Of a stretch of DNA of 64,000 bases, positions 9,693-18,721 are shown piece after piece (positions within the stretch are counted from its first letter, which is position 1; the number at the start of each line of letters is the position of its first letter). The translations under genes and the position numbers were made by a program. The DNA lies in NCBI GenBank assembly GCA_007134735.1, contig SLKG01000043.1, positions 19,317 through 83,316 of the forward strand, written 5' to 3'. The notes under the pieces are model-generated. The model worked only from the letters and a program-made list of their open reading frames with translations. It made no database searches and was not told the DNA's origin. The stretch comes from Kiritimatiellia bacterium (GTDB lineage: Bacteria; Verrucomicrobiota; Kiritimatiellia; SLAD01).

Positions 9693-10583
9693 ATGAGTCC
9701 CGTATCCACATTGAAAACCTTTGAAGACATCGACTGCACCTTTCCAAAGACGCTGCAGGAGGCATTGGAGCTGATGGCGGACGAAAAGACCCGGGGCGTC
9801 CCCTTGGCGGGCGGCACGGACCTGATGGTGCAATGGGAATCGGGCGCACTGCCGATGCCCGAACGGGTCATCAACGTCAAGAGCATCCCGGAGCTTCGGG
9901 AAATCAGCGAGGCGGATAACGAGGTGGTCATCGGCGGATCGGTGACGCACATGGAATTACGTCAATCGTCGGCGGTTCGCCGTGCCGTGCCTTCGCTGGC
10001 CGAGGCGGCGGCAACGATCGGCGGGTTCCAGATCCAGATCATGGGGACCCTCGCGGGCAGTGTCGCCAATGCGAGCCCGGCGGGCGACCTGGCGCCGTCT
10101 CTGTTGATCACCGACGGCACCGTGACGCTGGCCGGTGTGCGGGGCGAGCGGGAAGTGAAGCTGACCGAATTCTGGAAGGGATACCGGGAAATCGATCGGC
10201 AACCCGACGAGTTAATCGTGCGATTCCGTCTGCCGCGCCTGCCGGAAGGTCATTATGAAAGCTGGCGCAAGCTGGGCGCCCGCAAGGCGCAGGCCATTTC
10301 CAAGGTCATGGGCAGCAGCCGGGGCCGCATGAAAGACGGCGTCGTATCCTGTTTCAAGGTGGCCCTGGGCAGTATCGCGCCGACGGCGGTCCGGTTGTAT
10401 GATGTTGAGCAATGGATCGTCGGCCAACCGATCCATGACGAAACGTTGAAGGAAGCGGAACAGCGGGTAGCCGATGCGGTCAAGCCGATCGGCGACATCC
10501 GGTCCACGGCGGAATACCGGAAATGGGTGAGCGGGCGGCTGGTCCGTTTGTTTCTGGAAGAGCTGGCTGCGCGGTCGGGATAG
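9693..10583 (+). CDS. Molybdoenzyme FAD-binding subunit (CoxM/XdhB-type)
   Basis: PLAGGTDL, GTLAGSVANASPAGD and DIRSTAEYR. Confidence 0.95.
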   Translation: MSPVSTLKTFEDIDCTFPKTLQEALELMADEKTRGVPLAGGTDLMVQWESGALPMPERVINVKSIPELREISEADNEVVIGGSVTHMELRQSSAVRRAVPSLAEAAATIGGFQIQIMGTLAGSVANASPAGDLAPSLLITDGTVTLAGVRGEREVKLTEFWKGYREIDRQPDELIVRFRLPRLPEGHYESWRKLGARKAQAISKVMGSSRGRMKDGVVSCFKVALGSIAPTAVRLYDVEQWIVGQPIHDETLKEAEQRVADAVKPIGDIRSTAEYRKWVSGRLVRLFLEELAARSG

Positions 10584-10666
10584 GCCGCGCCACGCCGGCG
10601 AGTAGTTCTGGAAACAGAAGAATGAGCATGCTCTGGATGTTTCGTCCCGGGTTCCTTCCTGTTGCT

Positions 10667-10689
10667 TCGCGCGCAAGCGCGCTTCCTAC
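10667..10689 (-). repeat. GTAG-type REP GTAGGAAGCGCGCTTGCGCGCGA
   Basis: GTAG tetranucleotide plus GC hairpin; an inverted TGTAGGAAG follows at 10714; second copy at 13337-13359. Confidence 0.7.
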
Positions 10690-10765
10690 AAAAGACCCCT
10701 CCACGTCTCTTTATGTAGGAAGACGGGAAAGGAAGCAGGCTGACAGAACATCCGTTTGGTAATTT

Positions 10766-10847
10766 CCGGCTCAGCAGGAGCTTCGCCCTCCAGATTTCTC
10801 AACGGCCTTGCCATCCATGATGGAGGGCGAAGCTCCTGCTGAGCCGG
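10766..10847. repeat. REP doublet, perfect 27-bp inverted repeat
   Basis: CCGGCTCAGCAGGAGCTTCGCCCTCCA (10766-10792) and TGGAGGGCGAAGCTCCTGCTGAGCCGG (10821-10847). Confidence 0.9.
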
Positions 10848-10855
10848 GAGACGAT

Positions 10856-11440
10856 TCACCACCCCAGCGTTCTTCTCACCGCCTCCCATTCCTGGGGCGT
10901 GTTGGGATTGTGGAGGAGGGCGGGGTCATCGATCTCGATCCTTGTTTCCAGGGGGGCCAACATGTGATCCAGACGCACCTCTTCGTCCGCTTCCAAATCC
11001 AGGAGGCGTCGCGCGGTTTCGGCGGAGATCCACAACAGATAGCCGGGCTGACCCCGATACATCGGGCGCACGGCCGGCGCGTTTTCGGTTTCGGCGGCTT
11101 TCAACACGGCGGTCAGCGTGTCCGTCCGGATTCCGGCGGTATCGACGGGAATGATAACATGGCCGTCGCATTCCGGCAGGGTGCGCAAACCGGCCTGTAC
11201 GGACGAGAATCGGCCCTTGCGCTTCCAATCCCGGTTGAAAGCGAGGCGAGGCCAATGGAGTTCCGCGGCCAAGCGTTCCGCTTCGCTTCCGAGCACGATC
11301 ACCACGTTTTCGCATCCGCACGCTTCCAGCCATTGCGCCTGGTGCCGGGCAAGCGGCCCGTCGGGCGCCGGCAGCAACGCCTTGGGTGTACCCATTCGGC
11401 GTGAAGCGCCCGCGGCCAGCACAATGCCGGCGTGATCCAT
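10856..11440 (-). CDS. mocA: Molybdenum cofactor cytidylyltransferase-like nucleotidyltransferase
   Basis: GIVLAAGASRRMGTPKALL, NRDW..GRFSSVQAG and NPNTPQEW; adjacent to an MCD-type molybdoenzyme operon. Confidence 0.75.
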   Translation of the reverse strand: MDHAGIVLAAGASRRMGTPKALLPAPDGPLARHQAQWLEACGCENVVIVLGSEAERLAAELHWPRLAFNRDWKRKGRFSSVQAGLRTLPECDGHVIIPVDTAGIRTDTLTAVLKAAETENAPAVRPMYRGQPGYLLWISAETARRLLDLEADEEVRLDHMLAPLETRIEIDDPALLHNPNTPQEWEAVRRTLGW

Positions 11441-11446
11441 CCGCAA

Positions 11447-11488
11447 GTCATCCCGAGCGGAGTCCCGACGCGAAGCGCTCGGCATGAC
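11447..11488. repeat. GTCAT-type palindromic element
   Basis: GTCATCCCGAGCG...CGCTCGGCATGAC inverted repeat between gpsA and mocA. Confidence 0.65.
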
Positions 11489-11511
11489 CGGTCCCTTTCA
11501 CTTTCGCTCCC

Positions 11512-11553
11512 TTGGACATTGGATATTCCTTGTTGGTTTCTGGATATTGAATT
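11512..11553. repeat. 42-bp heptamer-based dispersed repeat (TTGGAYA units)
   Basis: TTGGACATTGGATATTCCTTGTTGGTTTCTGGATATTGAATT; a closely similar reverse-complement copy is at 47108-47149. Confidence 0.8.
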
Positions 11554-11602
11554 ATTTCAGCCATGCCGGCGCCCGGCGTCGAACGGCTCTGTATCGATTC
11601 AA

Positions 11603-12598
11603 TCACTCCCGTTCCGGCCTCGGGTCTCGGGCAAGCAGGGTTTCCACGGCGCGGTGCGGGTTTTTGCCTTCGTGAACGACGGCGTACACTTCCTCGGTAA
11701 TCGGCACTTCCACACCCGCGTCGGCGGCCATGGCGCGGGCGTTCGCGCAGGTCCACACGCCTTCGGCTACCTGCTCCATGCTCTTCATGATGTCATCAAT
11801 CTTTTCGCCCCGTCCCAGCCGTTCGCCCACGCCCCGGTTTCGGCTCAACCGGCTGGTACAGGTGACAATCAGGTCGCCCATGCCGCTCAATCCGCTGAAG
11901 GTCTCGGGATGTGCGCCGAGGGCGGCGCCGAGTCGGGCGATTTCCGCCAGGCCCCGCGTAATCAGGGCGGCCTTGGTGTTATCGCCGAACCCGATCCCGT
12001 CGCTGACGCCCGCCGCCAGGGCCATCACGTTCTTCATCGCTCCGCCGAGTTCCACCCCGACGACGTCGTCCGATGTGTACACGCGGAAAAGCTCATCGGA
12101 AAAAATGGTCTGCCATTCTTCTGCGCAACGATGCTCCGTACTCGCCAGGACCACGGCGGTCGGCACCCCGCGGGCGACTTCCTCGGCGTGACTGGGACCC
12201 GACAGCGCGGAGACGGGGCCGCGTCCGACGATACGTTCCGCGGTTTCGGTCATGCGCCGGTGTGTATTCTTGTCCAAACCTTTGGCCACGCTCAACAGCC
12301 GGCTGTTTGAGGGGATCAGGCTTTTGAACGATGTGACGACATCCGCGTAGAAGTGAGAGGGCACGGCAAACACCACACCGTCGGCATCGGCCACGGCGGT
12401 TTCACGGTCCGCGGTCCACTCGATTTCGGGAGGCAGGGATATGCCGGGAAGAAACTTTGTGTTTTCGCCCCCGGCACGGACCTGTTCAATGTAATCGGCG
12501 AAAGGCCCCCAGATGCGGACCGCGTGGCCGTTGCGATGCAGGACCAGCGCCAGGGCCGTGCCCCAGCCGCCGTCGCCGAGGATTGCGATGTGCTTCAT
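11603..12598 (-). CDS. gpsA: NAD(P)H-dependent glycerol-3-phosphate dehydrogenase
   Basis: GDGGWGTALA, LSGPSHAEEV, GGAMKNV and GMGDLIVTCTSRLSRN. Confidence 0.97.
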   Translation of the reverse strand: MKHIAILGDGGWGTALALVLHRNGHAVRIWGPFADYIEQVRAGGENTKFLPGISLPPEIEWTADRETAVADADGVVFAVPSHFYADVVTSFKSLIPSNSRLLSVAKGLDKNTHRRMTETAERIVGRGPVSALSGPSHAEEVARGVPTAVVLASTEHRCAEEWQTIFSDELFRVYTSDDVVGVELGGAMKNVMALAAGVSDGIGFGDNTKAALITRGLAEIARLGAALGAHPETFSGLSGMGDLIVTCTSRLSRNRGVGERLGRGEKIDDIMKSMEQVAEGVWTCANARAMAADAGVEVPITEEVYAVVHEGKNPHRAVETLLARDPRPERE

Positions 12599-13239
12599 GT
12601 GCCGGTCTCCTCTTTCTTGTTCCGGAGATCGAACTGGTTTTCACTGCCGTTCAGAAGCCGGACGATATTGCTCCTGTGCCGTACAATCAGCAGCAGACCG
12701 AGCAGGGTGAGCACCACGGGCAGGAGCCAACCCTCATCCCGGTACATCCACCACCCGAACGCGGGAACCGCCAGGGCCGTTCCGATGGACGAAATCGACA
12801 CGTACCGGGTGGTGATCATAAGCACGATCCAGGTCAGGAGCCCGACGCCGACCGCGGCGGGTGCGACGCCGAGGAGCACGCCGGCGCTGGTGGCCACGCC
12901 TTTACCTCCGCGGAACCTCAGCCAGACCGGCCAGTTATGACCGGCGATCGCGGCCACGCCGCAGAGCAGGGCGAACAGCACGCCGGTTTCCGGCGGAAGT
13001 TCCCCGGCCAGCCCTGGAAAAAAGAAGACCGGAACAAAACCCTTGAGCGCGTCCGCCATGAAGGTCGCGATGCCCCATGGCTTTCCGACCGAGCGAAACA
13101 CATTGGTGGCCCCGATGTTTCCACTACCGACCGTCCGGATATCGATTCCTTTTGCGCGTGCCAAAAGAAACCCCACAGGCACCGAGCCGAGGAGATAGGC
13201 GGCCAGGATCCAGAACACCATGATTCCCGCGTTGTTCAT
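12595..13239 (-). CDS. plsY: Glycerol-3-phosphate 1-O-acyltransferase
   Basis: YLLGS, GSGNIGATN, GHNWPVWLRFRGGKGVAT and HRSNI. Confidence 0.97.
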   Translation of the reverse strand: MNNAGIMVFWILAAYLLGSVPVGFLLARAKGIDIRTVGSGNIGATNVFRSVGKPWGIATFMADALKGFVPVFFFPGLAGELPPETGVLFALLCGVAAIAGHNWPVWLRFRGGKGVATSAGVLLGVAPAAVGVGLLTWIVLMITTRYVSISSIGTALAVPAFGWWMYRDEGWLLPVVLTLLGLLLIVRHRSNIVRLLNGSENQFDLRNKKEETGT

Positions 13240-13336
13240 GGGGGGACCCTAACACAGGTTGTGTCCGATGAGAAGCCGGATGAATACCGCGATCGCGGTA
13301 TGGGACGTGAATAGGGTTTGCGCAGCCGTATTCCAT

Positions 13337-13359
13337 GTAAAAAGCGCGCTTGCGCGCGA
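13337..13359 (+). repeat. Degenerate copy of the 10667 REP (GTAAAAAGCGCGCTTGCGCGCGA)
   Basis: The 18-bp core AAGCGCGCTTGCGCGCGA is identical to the REP at 10667-10689. Confidence 0.65.
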
Positions 13360-13407
13360 GGACTCTGGAAAGGGACATCGATGTGGTCCGATACGCCGGC
13401 TGCCAAT

Positions 13408-16400
13408 CTACTGAACCGGACGGACGCCGGTGCGGAAAAAGAGGTATTCCTGGTCATTGGTGAGGATGATCTGCAGCGGAAAACCGTCGCCGTGTGCGTC
13501 GTATCCGAAAGGCTCCCAGTCGCCGTCGACCAGGTTGGTATTGAAATACACTTCGTACATCTGGCCGATCTCCGTTGCCGGGAAGTGGACCCTGAACTCT
13601 CCGGGTTTATCCATGGTCCCGAACGTGAAGTGCGGGCCGTAACGGCGGATGATGTTTCGTGAAGCGGAATGTTCCCGGCTCTCCAGCGGATCGCCGTCGA
13701 TGGCCATGTCCGACACATATACGTTGTAATTGGACCCATGTCCGGCGCTGTAGTTCCATACGCGAAATTCCCGCACCAGCGCCTCGGAAGTCGTGGCGAG
13801 CGTGCCGGTTATTTCCGTATTGTTTGCCGTGAAACGGTATTCCGTGGACGAGGTCAATTCAAACGTCAGGTCCAGTCCGTTCGTGGTCCACGATAGACCC
13901 GTGTCGCGTCCCGTTTCCGCGTCGTTGACGAGATAATTGGTTCCGCCTCCGACGAACAGGAACTCAAACAGATGTTGACCGAAGCGATTCCGCAGGCCGA
14001 TGCCCACGGATCCGGCGGGCTCGGTATCACTTCCCCCGAAAATCCAGTTATTCTCAAGGCGGGCGGAAAAAACATCGCCGACGTGAAGGCGATCCGCGAA
14101 CGGTCGCACGGCCTCGCTCAAGCCTCCGCTGTTGGCCCAGAGGCCCCAGGCCTGCGGGAGGGTGTTCTGGTTGTGTTCGCCGGAAGCCAGGAAGTGGCCG
14201 GCACTTCCGCTGGTGTTCAGTTCCCACCCTTCGCCCCAGCCCTGTCCGCCGTTTTGGCCGGAGGTCCAGTTGCCCGCATTCACGTACACGGCGTTGGTTG
14301 CGCTGTCGCGGGCGCCCGCGTTCGGATTGTCCGTGGTGTTGGTGCCGGTAATGCGGAACAGGTTCGCGCCCAGATCGATCGAAATGGTTTCGACCACCCA
14401 GTTCGTGAGGACGGGGATCGCGTCGGATTCACCCGTCTTCGTGTTCTCCCAGTGCAGAAGCCCGTCCATCCGGGAGGCCCGGCCATGAACGGTGAAGACA
14501 TCCTGGGTATAGGGAACGTACATGTCCGATCCCGGATGGGTGATGGAGATCCCCGCCCGGTCGGACGCTACACAACCGGTAACATACACGTGCCAATCGT
14601 TCCAGTCGTTGTTGTCCCAGTTATCTTCACCGTCATGAAACACGAAATCCAATTGCCAGGTGCCCTGCGGGATTGTGTAGGTGACGCTCCATTCGCCGTT
14701 CGCCGTATTGGTCATGGATATATCAGTAGGGTGCTGCCAACCGTTTCGCCCGAGGTGCAGGTACAGGTTTTCGGCGCCCGCCAATTCTCCGTCCCGTTCC
14801 CGGTACTGAATCACCACCGGCACACAACCGTGCGGATGGGGGGGATCCGCCGTGGCCACGCCCGGCAGTTCCGCGCATCCGCTGATCTCCAGGCGCCAGT
14901 CCCGACCCTCATTGGCGTCCCATACGGGATCCTCTTCAGCGCCGTCATGAAAGGCCATATTTAACTCGTAGGTTCCCTCCTCGACTTCAACCGTCGTGGC
15001 CCACGTGCCGTTCTGATTGGTCATGGGCACATCGGCGGCGTCCTGCCAGTTGTTATGTCCCACGAACAGCACCACGTTGGTCGCGTCCTGCAGGGGACCG
15101 TCGACCGGATCGAACGTGATTTCGACGGGGATACATCCGGCCGGTGCGGGCGGATCGAAGGTCACGAGGCCGACCCCCGTCGGCGGGGACTTTGAAAAGA
15201 TCTGGATGCTGTACCGGCCCATATTGACGTTGGCGGAGGGCGGATTTCCCGTGGCCTCGACCTGCGCGGGTCCGATATTGTCGAAATCCTCCTGGTATAG
15301 GGTCAAGTCGCTGTTGAAATGACTGTGCCAGGTGCCCGCGGAAGGGAACGCAATATTATAGTCGTTGTTTGTCCATGTCGTATTGGCGAAGTTGGCCACG
15401 ACGACCACGTCATCGGCTTGTCCCCCGGCATCCCATCGGATATAGGCGATCACCTTATCGTCGTTGTTGACATGATGCACGTTGATCCCGGTTCCCTTCA
15501 GTCCCTGCGCCCCGCCGCGTCGGTTGCGGCGCGTGTGGATCAGATCGGTGTACGCCTGGACCATGCCGGAAAACGTGTTCGCCCGGTCCCAGCGCAACGG
15601 CGTGTCGTCATGAAATGCCTGGGTCTCCAGCATTTCCTGGCCTTGGAAGATCATGGGAATGCCGGGAGTGGTCATGATGATCCCGGCGGCGAGCAGCGAC
15701 CGTTTGCGCGAATAAATGCTTTCGGGTTCTTCGCCATGGATTTCCGTGGGGATCCGACTGCGGCCGTGCGATGCGGCGATGTAGTCGTGCGCCTCGGAGA
15801 AGACCACGCGGTGATGACCCGGCCAGCCGTCCAAAAGGTTTTTGATTGTGTACATGTTCCGGTCGCTATCCGATCCGGTCACGACCGTGTCGCGGAGATC
15901 CCATCGATAAGCCACATCCCACTGGTTCTCGAAGTTCATGCTGTAATCGAAGGCGTGATCTTCCGATCCGCGGATTACATGCGGATACTCCTGCATAAGT
16001 TCCCAATTGATATCGCGCAGCATGTGTTCGCCTTCTTGATTGTGACCCCAGTCGGAATGGATCGTGTGGTACACCGAATCCCAGCGGAATCCCCCGATGC
16101 GATATTCTTCGACCCACATGAACATCTGGTCGCGAATGAATGCACGGACTTCCGGGCGTCCGTAATCGGGCCGCGTGGAACCCCACGGCGTATGGGCGCG
16201 TTCGTCGTTGTAAAAATAGATTCCGCCGAGGTTGTTTTCGTACCAGCCGTCGAACCGCCAAATATCCAGGTCCGTGGGGCCGTAGTGATTGTGGACTACG
16301 TCCATGAAGACCGCGATACCGTGTTCGTGCGCGGCGCGGACAAAGCGTTTCAAGGCCCGGGGCCCTCCGTAGTCCGTTGCAATGGCAAACAGGTCGGTGG

Positions 16401-16992
16401 GGTTATAGCCCCAGCTGTGCTGGCCCGGGAATTCGTTCACCGGCATCAACAGGATGGCGTTGATCCCGAGGTCGCGGACATGATCGAGTCGTTCCACCGC
16501 CCGGTCAAACGTGCTGGGCGGGAGTTGTCCCCCGAATGTTCCGACGTGCATCTGGTAGAGGACCAGGTCGTTACGCCATGGTTCGGGGATGGAGGTGCCG
16601 TTCCAGTCGAACGCGTCCGGATCATAGATGATAGAGTTTCCGGTCGAACCGGTTACCTGTCGGGCGCGGGGATCGCGACGCCAGAGTTGACCGTTGATGA
16701 AGTACTGGTATTCCTGTCCGGCGCGCGCGGCGGGGATGTCGCGGGCCCACAATCCGTTTCCTTCGTCAAACAGCGGGGTCTGTCCCCATCCGTTGAAATC
16801 ACCGCGTACGGCGACGCTGGATGCGTTCGGAGCCCATACACGGAAAGTGACGCCGGTTCCGTTTTCGTCCGCATACGGGATAGAACCCATCCCCGGCCGG
16901 GCGGACCACGCCATGTCCGTACCCGGGAAAACGGGGGACAGGTACAAGAAGAGCGCCCACAACGCACTGAAAAATAAACGGTTACGCATCAT
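13408..16992 (-). CDS. Secreted multidomain GH13 alpha-amylase/branching-enzyme-like protein with CBM48 and two CBM25-like modules
   Basis: Signal-like N-terminus; FRVWAPNA (CBM48); WGYNP and DVVHNHYG; catalytic FRWD, GSED and EAHD; two G.N.W...WD.N...DW starch-binding repeats. True start near 16992-17001, not 17346. Confidence 0.88.
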   Translation of the reverse strand: MMRNRLFFSALWALFLYLSPVFPGTDMAWSARPGMGSIPYADENGTGVTFRVWAPNASSVAVRGDFNGWGQTPLFDEGNGLWARDIPAARAGQEYQYFINGQLWRRDPRARQVTGSTGNSIIYDPDAFDWNGTSIPEPWRNDLVLYQMHVGTFGGQLPPSTFDRAVERLDHVRDLGINAILLMPVNEFPGQHSWGYNPTDLFAIATDYGGPRALKRFVRAAHEHGIAVFMDVVHNHYGPTDLDIWRFDGWYENNLGGIYFYNDERAHTPWGSTRPDYGRPEVRAFIRDQMFMWVEEYRIGGFRWDSVYHTIHSDWGHNQEGEHMLRDINWELMQEYPHVIRGSEDHAFDYSMNFENQWDVAYRWDLRDTVVTGSDSDRNMYTIKNLLDGWPGHHRVVFSEAHDYIAASHGRSRIPTEIHGEEPESIYSRKRSLLAAGIIMTTPGIPMIFQGQEMLETQAFHDDTPLRWDRANTFSGMVQAYTDLIHTRRNRRGGAQGLKGTGINVHHVNNDDKVIAYIRWDAGGQADDVVVVANFANTTWTNNDYNIAFPSAGTWHSHFNSDLTLYQEDFDNIGPAQVEATGNPPSANVNMGRYSIQIFSKSPPTGVGLVTFDPPAPAGCIPVEITFDPVDGPLQDATNVVLFVGHNNWQDAADVPMTNQNGTWATTVEVEEGTYELNMAFHDGAEEDPVWDANEGRDWRLEISGCAELPGVATADPPHPHGCVPVVIQYRERDGELAGAENLYLHLGRNGWQHPTDISMTNTANGEWSVTYTIPQGTWQLDFVFHDGEDNWDNNDWNDWHVYVTGCVASDRAGISITHPGSDMYVPYTQDVFTVHGRASRMDGLLHWENTKTGESDAIPVLTNWVVETISIDLGANLFRITGTNTTDNPNAGARDSATNAVYVNAGNWTSGQNGGQGWGEGWELNTSGSAGHFLASGEHNQNTLPQAWGLWANSGGLSEAVRPFADRLHVGDVFSARLENNWIFGGSDTEPAGSVGIGLRNRFGQHLFEFLFVGGGTNYLVNDAETGRDTGLSWTTNGLDLTFELTSSTEYRFTANNTEITGTLATTSEALVREFRVWNYSAGHGSNYNVYVSDMAIDGDPLESREHSASRNIIRRYGPHFTFGTMDKPGEFRVHFPATEIGQMYEVYFNTNLVDGDWEPFGYDAHGDGFPLQIILTNDQEYLFFRTGVRPVQ

Positions 16993-17038
16993 GCCATGCA
17001 TCCCGGCTTCACGATACAACCTGTATACTATACACGAT

Positions 17039-17052
17039 GTAAACCGTTTTAC
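17039..17052. promoter_or_regulatory. Putative LacI-family operator GTAAACCGTTTTAC upstream of the GH13 gene
   Basis: 12/14 palindrome with central CG, immediately upstream of a minus-strand TATAGT (-10-like, 17027-17032). Confidence 0.6.
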
Positions 17053-17094
17053 GATAGTCTTTACGGCCGATATTTCAGGGCCGGCCGATGTGTG

Positions 17095-17140
17095 TCCAAG
17101 GGTTGGAAGCGGGAATTCCGGAAGGGTCCAATGATTGGAA
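17095..17140. repeat. Pair of TCCAA-N4-TTGGA(A) palindromes, 32-bp period
   Basis: TCCAAGGGTTGGAA (17095-17108) and TCCAATGATTGGAA (17127-17140) just downstream of rpoN. Confidence 0.65.
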
Positions 17141-17146
17141 GAGTCC

Positions 17147-18583
17147 TTACTTCGCGAGAGTTTTGCGCAAATGGGAGGGGAGGATGTGGAGTTCTTCCCG
17201 GTACTTGGCGATGGTTCGGCGCGCGACGTTATAGCCTTCTTTCTTGAGTCGGTCGGCGATGGCCTGGTCGGACAAAGGGGCGGAGGGGTCTTCGTGGTCC
17301 ACGAGGCGGGCGATGGCGTCCTTGATGGCTTTATTGGACACTTCATTTCCGTCGGTGTTTTTAAATCCGGGCGTGAAAAAATATTTCAACTCAAAAAGGC
17401 CTTGCGGCGTCTGCATGTATTTATGGGCGATGGCCCGGCTGACCGTGGTTTCGTGGATGCCCAGCGTCCTGGCGATTTCGCCCATGGTGAGTGGTTTCAG
17501 GTGTTCGATTCCCTTTTCAAAGAAGTCCTGTTGCGCGCGCAGGATCTCATGGGCGATGTTTCGAATCGTATGTTTTCGTTGATCGATGCTTTTTATGAGA
17601 AAAGTTCCCGACCGAATTTTTTCCCGGATATACTCTTTCACTTCCGCCGGGGTGGACGGGTCTTCCATGAGTCGTCGATAGTGTTTGCTGATGCGCAAGC
17701 GCGGGATTTGTTCGTCGTTTGGAAAGACCGAAAAATGGTCGTTTGTTTTCTGCACCTCTATTTCGGGCACGACATAGGCGTTCGGTTCGGAACTGAACCG
17801 CCGTCCGGGTTTGGGTTCGAGTGTGGCGATGGCATTGACGGTTTTGCGCAGTTCCTCGTGGGGAATATCGAGCGCGCGGGCGATCCGGTCGTATTTGTGG
17901 GCGCCGAGGTCTTCGAGGTGATCCTGAACGATCCGGCGGGCGTGGTCGTTGGACATGCCGAGCCGGTCTATCTGTTGCAACAGGCATTCCTTCAGGTCCC
18001 GGGATCCAACGCCGATCGGGTCAAAATCGCGTATGACGTCGAGGATGCGTTCAAGGCGGCCGAGGTCGCTTCCGGTGGTTTCCGCGAGTTCTTCAAGGGT
18101 AATGGACAGGTAGCCGTCGTCGTTGATGTTGCCGATAAGCACTTCGCCGATCCGCCGGTCTTCGTCGGAGAGATGGCTTAACGCAAGCTGGTGCACGAGG
18201 TGTTCCTGCAGGGACTCGGGCCGGGAGATGGAATTCAGGAGATAGCGTTGTTTGGCCTCCTCGTCCCGCGGATCGTTATGGATGATTTTGTTTTGCTGAA
18301 AATATTCGCGCCATTCGTCGTCCAGTTGGGCCAGGGCGGCAAATTCCTCGTCCAGGTCCGTTTCGTTGATATCGTCGGCTTCGCCCGATCCGGGTTCGAC
18401 CTCGATCTGTTCATTTGCGGGCAGTTTTTCCTCGAGGGTCGGGTTCTGTTCCAGGGCCTGCTGGACCAGGGTCCGCAATTCCATGATCGGCACCTGCAGC
18501 AATTCCAGGGATTGACGCAACTGGGGCGCCAGCACCGTTTGCAGGCGTTGCTGCTGGGTTTGCGATAGAGCGGGATGTACCAT
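17147..18583 (-). CDS. rpoN: RNA polymerase sigma-54 factor
   Basis: Q-rich region I, HETTVSRA and RpoN box ARRTIAKYRE. Confidence 0.98.
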   Translation of the reverse strand: MVHPALSQTQQQRLQTVLAPQLRQSLELLQVPIMELRTLVQQALEQNPTLEEKLPANEQIEVEPGSGEADDINETDLDEEFAALAQLDDEWREYFQQNKIIHNDPRDEEAKQRYLLNSISRPESLQEHLVHQLALSHLSDEDRRIGEVLIGNINDDGYLSITLEELAETTGSDLGRLERILDVIRDFDPIGVGSRDLKECLLQQIDRLGMSNDHARRIVQDHLEDLGAHKYDRIARALDIPHEELRKTVNAIATLEPKPGRRFSSEPNAYVVPEIEVQKTNDHFSVFPNDEQIPRLRISKHYRRLMEDPSTPAEVKEYIREKIRSGTFLIKSIDQRKHTIRNIAHEILRAQQDFFEKGIEHLKPLTMGEIARTLGIHETTVSRAIAHKYMQTPQGLFELKYFFTPGFKNTDGNEVSNKAIKDAIARLVDHEDPSAPLSDQAIADRLKKEGYNVARRTIAKYREELHILPSHLRKTLAK

Positions 18584-18721
18584 GGCACCAACGTATGTAT
18601 ATCATGCGTGCGAGCAAGCTCAAAGGCCAATATCTTTTCCGTGTGTACGGGGTTGGAAGGCGGGTCCGGGGGCGCAATTCCGTATCCGGTGCGGGAATCC
18701 CCGGTTTCTCCGGGTTTGGAA

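Noticed and set aside
5864..10583. Specific substrate call (xanthine, CO, nicotinate) or selenocysteine recoding
   Set aside because: No in-frame TGA, no CoxL AYxCSFR motif, and no substrate-pathway genes nearby; family-level call only.
15319..16977. 552-aa plus-strand ORF (also 17135-18181, 62292-63947, 6032-7159 and similar)
   Set aside because: Antisense shadows of well-supported genes in GC-rich DNA; no motifs.
16993..17346. N-terminal extension of the GH13 ORF in the ORF track
   Set aside because: Overlaps the rpoN 3' end, repeats and the operator; the signal peptide begins near 16992-17001.
18613..18630. Sigma54 -24/-12 site upstream of rpoN (TTGGCCTTTGAGCTTGCT, minus strand)
   Set aside because: GG-to-GC spacing is 11 nt rather than the required 10.
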